From contig NW_008246076.1 in the NCBI RefSeq assembly GCF_000281045.1, forward strand, positions 373,171-437,170: 64,000 nucleotides of DNA, given 5' to 3'. This document shows, in pieces, positions 1-9,261 of this stretch (position 1 is its first letter; the number at the start of each line of letters is the position of its first letter). Source of the DNA: Saprolegnia diclina VS20 (lineage: Eukaryota). The notes under the pieces are model-generated. The model worked only from the letters and a program-made list of their open reading frames with translations. It did not search any database and had not been told where the DNA came from. A program made the position numbers and the translations under genes.

Positions 1-477
1 GTTGCGCCGACACTCGGGTCTTTTTCCCGGTCGCCGGCGATACCAAATCGACCGTTACAGGCGCCCCCTCTCCTTCCGGCATGATCTTTGCCAGGACGAA
101 GGCCAAGTCGCGTGAGCCGTTGGCCGGGTCCTTGATGCGCTTCACGATGCGGGCGTGGGGTACGCCGAGCTCGCTCCATCAATTTCTTCGCTTCCTCTGC
201 CGGCGCGAGTGACACGTCGAACTCCCAGAGGAGGATTGCGCTGACGGGGCTGATGCTCTCGACCGCCTCGGCTGGTACCGTTACGCGTTGGTGAGCACAC
301 ACCACCGTGAACATCTCGTCCTCGACGTGGACCGCTTGCACTTGACCGGCGAAAGCGCGTCCTTCGTGCGCGAGAAAGACAAACTGGTGCAGCCAGACAC
401 CGAGGGGGTTCGTCGTCGCCTCCTTCGCCGTCACGATCTGGAGCTCGCAATCCGTCCTCGGGACCTCAAACTCCATG
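1..477 (-). other. Open reading frame running off the window edge; possibly a repeat- or retroelement-associated protein fragment with a probable frameshift
   Basis: ATG at 477 gives MEFEVPRTDCELQIV...AGQVQAVH...ISPVSAILLWEF with no stop before position 1. A second frame near the edge (HARIVKRIKDP...DLVSPATGKK) looks more protein-like, suggesting a frameshift. Confidence 0.3.
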
Positions 478-585
478 GCAGCAGCCGCGTGTAGGGTTAG
501 GGTACATCCTACGACCGCCTCAAGCTGCATGAGGCTATGCTCGACCTGTGATATCTCCTACGCCAACGGCTCCGACGAGACCCAG

Positions 586-685
586 NNNNNNNNNNNNNNN
601 NNNNNNNNNNNNNNNNNNNNNNNNNNNNNNNNNNNNNNNNNNNNNNNNNNNNNNNNNNNNNNNNNNNNNNNNNNNNNNNNNNNNN
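586..685. other. Assembly gap (100 N)
   Basis: Run of N that truncates the left nuclease copy inside its Ala/Gln repeat. Confidence 0.99.
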
Positions 686-1674
686 GCTGCTTGGACAGCA
701 GCAGCTTGTGCGGCGAGACCGTTGACGGGGGTTGCTTCTTCGTATCCAGTCCGAATCGCTGCGGCGATCGTCGTTGCCAAATGCACGGGGTAGTCGGGGA
801 GCAAGCCCTGAATGATATGGCCGTGTCCATCTGAGGTGCGGTACAGATCGTCACCGAGCAGCGTAATGAAAGGTCCATGGTTCCACGGCTGGAGCTCGAC
901 GACGTGCGGCAGCTCGGCAGCCATCGCATCGACCTCGTCGCGTACATGCACGTGCCCTGGGAGGTACACGTTCCCGTGTAGAGCGTAGTTGCCGCAGCTC
1001 ATGGCGTCCGTGATCGCAATGTTGCTACCAAGACGACGGTAGAGCACAGCGAGCGCGGGCATCTGCGCCAAGATGGGGTTCATGTTGGGGTCAAGCGTCG
1101 CCGCGTTCCGCAGCGGGTAGAGGACGAGGACAAGGACCGTCTGGAGCACTGGAAACTCGTCGAAGAGCGCGCGTGTGTGCGGGTCGTACGTGTTGAACGA
1201 CGTGTTGTGCGTGACGGCGACCTCGATCATGCAGCGGGGCAAATTGCTGCGGGGGTCGCCGCGGATCGCGCGTCTCGGTCCAATCGCGAGGTCGGGTCTG
1301 CGGACGTGGCCAGCATGGTAGTAATCCTCGTCTATGGTAGAATTTAACGGCGTTCCCACCAAGACGGCGCGCACAACGTCGTTCAAACAGATAATCACCT
1401 GCTGGTGCACTTTGCCAGGCACCTCGGTGATGAAAATGTCGCCGCGGGTCGTCTGGGTAATGACGTGGCCATCGTACGTCGCTCGGAAGACGGCGAGGCC
1501 GGACAAACGACCGTCCAGCCAGCGACGGAGGAGCACGTCTTCGGCGATGAGGAGGTCACCGTCTTCGCCGTCGGCCTTGCGCCGCATGAACTCGTGGATG
1601 GCAGCCATGACGCCGGCCTCCGTGGGTCGGCGGCGCATCACGGCGAACGTCGCTGGGGCCGCTGGGGTAGCCAT
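686..1674 (-). CDS. Uma2-like PD-(D/E)XK restriction-endonuclease-fold protein (CR-REase-like), copy L; 3' end lost in gap
   Basis: Intronless ORF starting MATPAAP with motifs ITEVPGKVHQQ, RRPDLAI and PRCMIEVAV, the E-x-P-x-x-x-H / PD / E-V pattern of Uma2-type nucleases. Inverted paralogue of 3006-4070. Confidence 0.7.
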
Positions 1675-2134
1675 GCGTACGGTTTCAAAAGAAGCAGACT
1701 CGCCACCAAAGAACATGGTCGAGAAGACGACGTGGGACGCGACGGACTCGGGACGGGGCGCAATGCGAAATGACCACCAGCGCTTGCTTGCAACTCTGTT
1801 GTCTGGCTTCTAGTATGTGATACAAACCCACATCTTTTGTATATCGAACGAGGGTTTGCTGCTTCAAGCGCGTGTCGACGGCCGCACCGTGATGCGGTGT
1901 CCACTGCGGACGAGAGTATCCGATTCCATACAAACGCCAAGTCGACGTATTCTCTGGTTTGAATCAGGGGTAGGGGTCGCAATGTCGCGAGTGGTCGAAC
2001 GATCCACCGACTGCACTGCAACCCAGTAGCCGTAAGAGCCGCCTCATCGGATCTCGTGTATGTCGATCTGATTCTCCTGACATTGATGGCTCTCTGGTCA
2101 GTGGCGGCTGAGCTTATTCGGTGTCGGATAAAGC

Positions 2135-2561
2135 TACTCGAGGTCACACGGCGTGAGAATATGATGCCGACTCGTCGACGCGACGGGTACTGCCGCCGGC
2201 GTCAAAAGCTCAGTTGCCGTTGAGAGGATGCGGCCCAATTGATCAATCTTGGGTAGGGTGGACCAGACGCTCCACCAGCTCGACTCGGTCGATGACCTCG
2301 ACATGCTTGCGTTCGAGAAGGCGGAGCTCGCCAACCTCGAGATGCCGGCAGGGAACGGCATGCGCCACCACATTCCGCACTTTACGCACCTCTTTGCGGG
2401 CTCGAGCTACGCGGCGCTCTACTCGCAGATCAACTCGAGCTACCCAAGATTGATCAATTGGGCCGCATCCTCTCAACGGCAACTGAGCTTTTGACGCCGG
2501 CGGCAGTACCCGTCGCGTCGACGAGTCGGCATCATATTCTCACGCCGTGTGACCTCGAGTA
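2135..2561. repeat. Perfect 122-bp inverted repeat forming the hairpin core of the palindrome
   Basis: TACTCGAGGTCACACG...GATCAATCTTGGGTAG (2135-2256) matches CTACCCAAGATTGATC...CGTGTGACCTCGAGTA (2440-2561). Confidence 0.95.
2259..2423 (+). pseudogene. Captured 165-bp fragment of the M3 peptidase gene
   Basis: Aligns without gaps to 6646-6810 with about 7 mismatches (DQTLHQLDSVDDLDMLAFE...HLFAGSSYAALY). Confidence 0.93.
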
Positions 2562-2886
2562 NNNNNNNNNNNNNNNNNNNNNNNNNNNNNNNNNNNNNNN
2601 NNNNNNNNNNNNNNNNNNNNNNNNNNNNNNNNNNNNNNNNNNNNNNNNNNNNNNNNNNNNNNNNNNNNNNNNNNNNNNNNNNNNNNNNNNNNNNNNNNNN
2701 NNNNNNNNNNNNNNNNNNNNNNNNNNNNNNNNNNNNNNNNNNNNNNNNNNNNNNNNNNNNNNNNNNNNNNNNNNNNNNNNNNNNNNNNNNNNNNNNNNNN
2801 NNNNNNNNNNNNNNNNNNNNNNNNNNNNNNNNNNNNNNNNNNNNNNNNNNNNNNNNNNNNNNNNNNNNNNNNNNNNNNNNNNNNNN
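2562..2886. other. Assembly gap (325 N)
   Basis: Run of N inside the right palindrome arm. Confidence 0.99.
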
Positions 2887-3005
2887 ACAACAGAGTTGCA
2901 AGCGCTGGTGGTCATTTCGCATTGCGCCCCGTCCCGAGTCCGTCGCGTCCCACGTCGTCTTCTCGACCATGCTCTTTGGTGGCGAGTCTGCTTCTTTTTG
3001 TACGC

Positions 3006-4070
3006 ATGGCTACCCCAGCGGCCCCAGCGACGTTCGCCGTGATGCACCGACGCGTCACGGAGGCCGGCGTCATGGCTGCGATCCACGAGTTCCAGCGGCG
3101 CAAGGCCGACGGAGACGACAATGATCTCCTCATCGCCGAAGACGTGCTCCTCCGTCGCTGGCTGGACGGTCGTTTGTCCGGCCTCGCCGTCTTCCGAGCG
3201 ACGTACGAGGGCGACGTCATGACGGTAACGACCCGCGGCGACATTTTCATCACCGAGGTGCCTGGTCAAGTGCACCAGCAGGCCATTTTCCGTCTGAACT
3301 GCGTTTTGGACGCCGCCTTGGTGGGAACGCCGTTAAATTCTACCATAGGCGTGGATTACTACCATGCTGGCACCGTCCGCAGACCCGACCTCGCGATTGA
3401 ACCGAGACGCGCGATCCGCGGCGACCCCCGGAGCCATTTGCCCCGCTGCATGATCGAGGTCGCCGTCACGCGCCACACGTCGTTCAACAAGTACGACCTG
3501 CACACACGCGCGCTCTTCGCTGAGTTTCCCGTGCTTCGGACGGTACTTGTCCTCGTCGTCTACCCGCTGCGGAACGCGGCAACACTTGACCCCAACATGA
3601 ACCCCATCTTGGCGCAGATGCCCGCGCTCGCTGTGCTCTACCGTCGTCTTGGCAGCAACATTGCGATCACGGATGCCATGAGCTGCGGCAACTACGCTCT
3701 ACACGGGAACGTGCGCCTTCCCGGGGGTGTGGTTGTGCGGAACGAGGTCGCTGCGATGGCTGCCGAGCTGCCGCTTTTCAACTTGGGCCAGCCGTGGAAC
3801 CATGGACCTTTCATTACGCTGCTCGGTGACGATCTGTACCGCGCCTCAGATGGACGTGGCCATATCATGCAAGGCTTGCTCCCCGACTACCCCGTGCATT
3901 TAGCAACGACGATCGCAGCAGCGATTCGGACTGGATACGAAGAAGCAACCCCCGCCAACGGTCTCGCCGCACAAGCTACTGCTGTCCAAGCAGCTGCACA
4001 AGCTGCCGTGCAAGCTGCTGCCGCACCGAATGTCCGACGCCGCAACCACCGCTACAACCTCCGCCCTTGA
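3006..4070 (+). CDS. Uma2-like PD-(D/E)XK restriction-endonuclease-fold protein (CR-REase-like), copy R, 354 aa
   Basis: Intronless ORF with ITEVPGQVHQQ, RRPDLAI and MIEVAV motifs, an AAQA-repeat linker and a basic tail RRRNHRYNLRP. INR-FPR-like GTCATTTCGCATTG lies upstream at 2911-2924. Confidence 0.72.
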   Translation: MATPAAPATFAVMHRRVTEAGVMAAIHEFQRRKADGDDNDLLIAEDVLLRRWLDGRLSGLAVFRATYEGDVMTVTTRGDIFITEVPGQVHQQAIFRLNCVLDAALVGTPLNSTIGVDYYHAGTVRRPDLAIEPRRAIRGDPRSHLPRCMIEVAVTRHTSFNKYDLHTRALFAEFPVLRTVLVLVVYPLRNAATLDPNMNPILAQMPALAVLYRRLGSNIAITDAMSCGNYALHGNVRLPGGVVVRNEVAAMAAELPLFNLGQPWNHGPFITLLGDDLYRASDGRGHIMQGLLPDYPVHLATTIAAAIRTGYEEATPANGLAAQATAVQAAAQAAVQAAAAPNVRRRNHRYNLRP

Positions 4071-4955
4071 AGAAGACTCTCTTCCAAGCGTCATCGTGAC
4101 ATTTCTTGTTTTCGTTTCTCCTTGCAACTTGGCAAATGACAATTCAAAGCGTTTGTTGTTCGCAGATGTTGATGTATGGAAGCTCCAATACAATTGTACC
4201 AGTTGCACAGCGCATCGGTGCTCGCAAATAACACAAGCGCGCCGTTCCCGTCCTTAAAGCCGCACAGATGTTTGCTCCTACCGCCGATATGACGTGGCGG
4301 CACGCCACGGTTGACCGTTACACTCGCTGGTGTACTGGTAGCTTGCTGGTGGACCATATCTTTATCCGGATCCGCGGTAACTGGAATCAAGGGAGGCGAT
4401 ATTATCGTCTTCGCAGATGTGCGCGAATAAAATTCGCACCATTTTTCATATCCAGTTACCCACTGGTTGCGAGATTGCCAAATGAGTGTTTTTTGGAGGC
4501 CTTCACTCCAATAGATCCGTCGATCCGCGGCTACGTGGTTTAGGAATGTATGTAACGAAGTTCAAGCTCGTTGATTGGCAACAAGCGACACACTTGCCAT
4601 TTCTCGGAGGGGTTGTATCCCGGATGACAACCCCTAAAAAATGGCTTTGTTATGTGTGAGGCTTGGGTGAGCTGCGCTCAATTGCGGAAACTTCTCGCCG
4701 CCGACGAGGTGGCCGTCAACCGTGGACATCATGTCTTCGCGCGCATGAAGCACTTGAGCAACTGGCGACGTCGCTTGGTCAGCTCGTGCGCGACCCATCC
4801 TGCTCCTGAACTTCAAGCGGGAGTGAACGCTCGGTTTTTTGGTGGTTTACCTTACAACTCAGATGGGCGAGTGCACTCAAACGTCGCAAAAGCTTCTTGT
4901 CTGAAGCCGACGTCACCGCAACAGAGCATTTCCCTTTTCACGCGCTTCAGCGACA

Positions 4956-7019
4956 ATGGCCACGTCCCAGAACAACCCGCTCCTCGCCGACTGGTCGTCG
5001 CAGCCGTTCTCGCTCCCGCCCTTTGGTGCGATCCACGCTGCTCATTTCCAGCCCGCGATCGCCGTCGCCCAGACCGCGCAGCTCGAGGAGCTCCGCCAGA
5101 TCGTCGAGAACCCGGACGAGGCCACGTTTGCCAACACGATCGTCGCCTACGACCGGTCCGGCGGCCTTCTCTCCAAGATCCTCGGTGTCTACTACAACCT
5201 GTGCCTCTCCTATGCGCCGCCAGAGCTCCAAGCCGTCCAGCGCGAGCTCGCGGGTCCGCTGGCGGCCTTTGACGCCAAGGTCACGACGTACGCGGGCCTT
5301 TTCGAGCGTATTGAGACCGTCTACTTGACGCGCGAAGGCTTCAACGCGGAAGATCGCCGCTTGATCGAGCGCATTCACAAGGACTTTGTGCGTGACGGCG
5401 CGCGCTTCGACAAGGCAACCCAGGTCCGCTACAAGGAAGTGCTCCAGGAGTTGGCGCAGCTCACGACCAAGTTCACTCAGAACGTCCTCGCCGACGAGAC
5501 AGACTACACGATCGAGCTCTCGGAGGCCGAGATGAACGGCTGCTCCTCTGATATCATTGCGTCCGCCAAGCAAAACGCGGCCGACCGCAACGCTGCCGAC
5601 GGCGTCTACATTGTCACGCTCAGTCGCTCGATGGTCGAGCCTTTCCTCACGTACGCCACCAACAGCGTCGCCCGCGAGAAGGTCTTCCGCGCTTTTACGT
5701 CCCGCGGCGAGCCCTCGCCCGAGCGCGACAACAACCAAATCGCAAAGCAGATCCTCAAGCTTCGCATCGAGCAGGCTACGGCCCACGGCTACAAGACGTT
5801 CGCTGACTACCAGACGAGCGACACGATGGCCAAGACGCCGGACGCCGTCAGCAACCTCCTCAACCGCGTCTGGGCGCCGGCCAAGGTCGCGGCCAACCGC
5901 GAGCGCGAAGCCCTTGAAGAGTACGCGGCCTCGATCGGTGAGAGCAGTGTTATCCAGGCGTGGGACTGGCGCTACTACTCGGAGAAGGTCCGTCAGCTCC
6001 AGTACGACATTGACGAGATGACGGTCAAGCCGTACTTTAGCCTCGACCGCATGACGGACGCAGTGTTTGACGTGGCGTTCCGTCTCTTTGGCCTGCGTTT
6101 CATTCTGCGCGAAGGCATTGAGACGTACCACCCGGACGTCAAGGTCTACGAAGTGCGCCAGACGACGGCCATTGAGAACGAGGACAAACTCGTAGCGATC
6201 TTCTTCCACGACAACTTTGCGCGCAAGTTCAAGGCTGGCGGTGCATGGATGAGCACGTTCCGCAAGCAGAGCCGCAACGTCGACGAGAAGGGCACGCATG
6301 TCATTCCTGTCATCATCAACAACAACAACTTTGTCAAGGGCGACCCAACGCTGCTTTCGTTCGACGACGCCGTTACGCTCTTCCACGAGTTTGGCCACGG
6401 CTGCCACGGTATGCTCTCGGACGTCACGTACCGCCGCCTCGCTGGCACGTCCGTCCTGCGCGATTTTGTCGAGCTCCCGTCCCAGCTCATGGAGCACTGG
6501 GTCAAGGAGCGCGCTGTCTTGACCAAGCACGCCCGCCACTACATCACCAACGAGCCGATCCCGCAAAGCCTTCTCGACAAGATCAAGGCGGCCGCCACCT
6601 TTGGCCAGGGCTTTGGCACCGTCGAGTCTACGGCGTGTGCGCTTTTGGACCAGACGCTCCACCAGCTCGACTCGGTCGATGACCTCGACATGCTTGCGTT
6701 CGAGGAGGCGGAGCTCGCCAACCTCGAGATGCCGACAGGGATCGCCATGCGCCACCGCATTCCGCACTTTGTGCACCTCTTTGCGGGCTCGAGCTACGCG
6801 GCGCTCTACTACGTGTACCACTGGGCCGAGGTCCTCGACGCCGATGCATTTGACGCGTTCGTGGAGGCGGGCGACATTTTTGACGCCGCGACAGCCAAGC
6901 GGGTGCGAGAACACATCTATTCGACGGGCAACTCGGTGCCCCCAATGGACGCGTACCGTGCGTTCCGCGGCCGCGATCCCGTGATCGAGCCAATGCTCAA
7001 GAAGAAGGGACTCTTGTAA
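4956..7019 (+). CDS. M3-family zinc metallopeptidase, peptidyl-dipeptidase Dcp-like (687 aa, intronless)
   Basis: TLFHEFGHGCHG (HExxH), KAGGAWM, RDFVELPSQLMEHW, YHWAEVLDADAF and FRGRDP motifs. Confidence 0.93.
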   Translation: MATSQNNPLLADWSSQPFSLPPFGAIHAAHFQPAIAVAQTAQLEELRQIVENPDEATFANTIVAYDRSGGLLSKILGVYYNLCLSYAPPELQAVQRELAGPLAAFDAKVTTYAGLFERIETVYLTREGFNAEDRRLIERIHKDFVRDGARFDKATQVRYKEVLQELAQLTTKFTQNVLADETDYTIELSEAEMNGCSSDIIASAKQNAADRNAADGVYIVTLSRSMVEPFLTYATNSVAREKVFRAFTSRGEPSPERDNNQIAKQILKLRIEQATAHGYKTFADYQTSDTMAKTPDAVSNLLNRVWAPAKVAANREREALEEYAASIGESSVIQAWDWRYYSEKVRQLQYDIDEMTVKPYFSLDRMTDAVFDVAFRLFGLRFILREGIETYHPDVKVYEVRQTTAIENEDKLVAIFFHDNFARKFKAGGAWMSTFRKQSRNVDEKGTHVIPVIINNNNFVKGDPTLLSFDDAVTLFHEFGHGCHGMLSDVTYRRLAGTSVLRDFVELPSQLMEHWVKERAVLTKHARHYITNEPIPQSLLDKIKAAATFGQGFGTVESTACALLDQTLHQLDSVDDLDMLAFEEAELANLEMPTGIAMRHRIPHFVHLFAGSSYAALYYVYHWAEVLDADAFDAFVEAGDIFDAATAKRVREHIYSTGNSVPPMDAYRAFRGRDPVIEPMLKKKGLL

Positions 7020-7293
7020 GACGTGCGGCGCCACTGACAACATAAGCCGAGAATCCAAGTCGTACATATTGTGATGTGTTTCTCTACTAACTTAGTTATT
7101 GCAGTAGTATAGCACACTTGTTAGCGCTGGTGGCCTGTAGTTGTGCGATCTGTGCCTGACGCTCGAGAAAGTGCACTTTGCCGTGACGAAATCCGGAATA
7201 AATATGCATATGTTGTCTTGAAGTTTGTAAGCGGTATGCAGGGTCGCCAGTTGGATGCTGCGGCCGCGGGCATTCGTCCGGTTCCGTTCCACC

Positions 7294-9261
7294 ATGTCGA
7301 CGACGCGGTCGTCCTCTGCGCCATTGCGCGTGATCTCGCTTCTGCCGTCGGCCACCGAGCAGCTCGCCAGCATCCTTGCCGCGGCGACGGCACTGGGCAC
7401 GCCGTCGGCGTCGCTGCCAACGCTGGTCGGGCGGTCGCACGAGTGCGACTACCCCGAGTCGTTTGCGTCCGTACCCGTGTTGACCAAGCCGCGCACGACG
7501 TTCACCACGTGCGAAGACGTGCACAACGAGGTCCTTTCATTGCTGCAGACCGACAACTCGCTCTACGAGATCGACACGACGACCTTGCTCTCGCTGCGCG
7601 CCGACCTCATCCTCGTACGTCCACGCTGCCTTTGCCGTCACATTCAACGAGTTGACGTGTTATCCAGGTGCAAGATGTGTGCAAGGTGTGCTCGATCGAC
7701 AAGCCGAGTGTTGCGTGCGCCGTGAGCAACGGCGACCACCCGACGCAGATCCTTTTGGTCAACAGCCGGACGCTACCCAATGCGCTCGACGACTCGGTGC
7801 GGCTTCTCGGCGACGCACTCCAGCTCCAAGAGGCTGCAAATGACGTCGTGGCCGCCAACCACGCCCGACAAGCCGCGCTCGCGGCCGCTGCCACCCATCG
7901 CGCGACTCCACCGATCGTCTACATTGTCGAGTGGCTCTCGCCGCTCTTTGTCGTCAAAGGCTGGGCCGCCGAGATGGTCGAGCTCGCAGGGGGTGCAGTC
8001 CCGACCCAAAGCGGCAAGATCCTCGATCCGTCGTCGCTCGAACCTGCAGATATCATTGTTGTCGCGCTCTGCGGCCTCGACCGCGACGTGGCCAAGCGCG
8101 AGCTCGGTTCCAAGCCGCTGCCTGCGTGGTGGACATCGTCGCCGGCCGTGGCTGCCAACAACGTCTTTGTCGTCGACGGCAACCAAATGTTTAACCGCCC
8201 AACCAACCGGCTGTTGGACGCGCTCGAGTGGCTCGTGCATTTGATACATGCGCCAGCGAGCATCGAAGCGGTGGCCGCGATCTCGGCGTTTCCATTCGAA
8301 CGCTATGCGTCGCCGTCACCACCGATGGTCTTGTCGGTCCAAGACAAGATTGATGTCGCCCACCAAGCCGCGTGCGACGCGCACGAAGCACGCTACGAGG
8401 ACCCGGCGACGGGGTATGGCGTCTTTACAGCGTGGTACCTCGGGGAGCGCCAAGCGTGCTGCGGCAACCGGTGCCGCCACTGCCCGTACGGCCACGTCAA
8501 CGTCCCGATCGAGAACCTCGGCGACGCGAGCAACAAACTCGCATCGTCCGTCTTTTTAAAAGCACCGAAACCGATGGGCGGCAGCCGACTCGGCTACAAG
8601 AAACCATCGCGAGGTGTGGCCACCGAGACCATTGTGGTGTTCTGGAGCGGCGGCAAAGATTCTCTTCTCGCGCTCGTCGACACGATCGCGACGCGCGAGC
8701 CGCATCAAGACGTTGTGCTGCTCTCGACGTACAACCCGGACGACAACATTTTGCCGATTCAAAACATTGCGCCCCGGACGATCGTCGAGCAAGCGAAAGC
8801 GCTCAACCTCCCGCTATTCCTTGTGGCGGTACGATGCTTGAGAGACGCGCAGAGGACTGAGGATGCTGTAGACGCCGACGGGCAGCAACTACACCAAATG
8901 CGTCAAAGATGCGCTTCGCGAACTCACGACCAAGCACGTAGCGTCGCCGGGTCGCATTGGCTGCCTTGTGTTTGGCGACTTGCACTTGGCGGACGTCAAG
9001 GCGTGGCGCGACGCGACCTTTGCCGAGTATACGCTACGCAGCCCGCTCTGGGCGCGCGACATGGCGACCGACCTGATCCCAGCGTTGGACGACGCGTGCG
9101 CCACGCTGCGCGCGACCGTGCGCTACTCGGCCGTCGACAACGATCGCGTCCACGGTCTCCTCTCCATGGGCGACGAATACGTCCCGTCCAAAGTGCCGGC
9201 GCACATAGATCTCATGGGCGAGAATGGCGAGTTCCACACCGTCGTGGTCTTTGCGCCGTAG
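7294..9261 (+). CDS. Fusion protein: BtuF/cobalamin-binding-like domain + DUF5522-like Cys-rich domain + DUF71/Dph6-like PP-loop ATPase; exons 7294-7614, 7668-8828, 8872-9261
   Basis: BtuF-like RVISLLPSATE, VGRSHECDYP, QDVCKVC and VDGNQMFNRP. DUF5522-like YEDPATGYGVFTAWYLGERQACCGNRCRHCPYGH. DUF71-like WSGGKDS, VFGDLHL and DLMGENGEFHT. Two GT-AG introns (7615-7667, 8829-8871) restore a single frame. Confidence 0.85.

Larger units (their letters stand above)
686..3994. repeat. Large inverted duplication (arms about 686-2256 and 2440-3994; 183-bp spacer)
   Basis: 686-1802 is the reverse complement of 2887-3994 with substitutions, and 2135-2256 is the reverse complement of 2440-2561. The 325-N gap is close in size to the 332 bp between the matched left-arm segments. 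Confidence 0.9.

Noticed and set aside
492..503. TAGGGTTAGGGT telomere-like word
   Set aside because: Only about two imperfect units; not an array.
2135..2561. Repeat-spacer-repeat read as a CRISPR-like array
   Set aside because: The repeats are inverted and long, there is a single spacer, and no cas-like genes are present.
4947..7067. 706-aa antisense ORF over the peptidase (likewise 46183-47598 and many other overlapping ORFs)
   Set aside because: Shadow ORFs caused by GC-rich codon bias on the true coding strand; no recognisable motifs.
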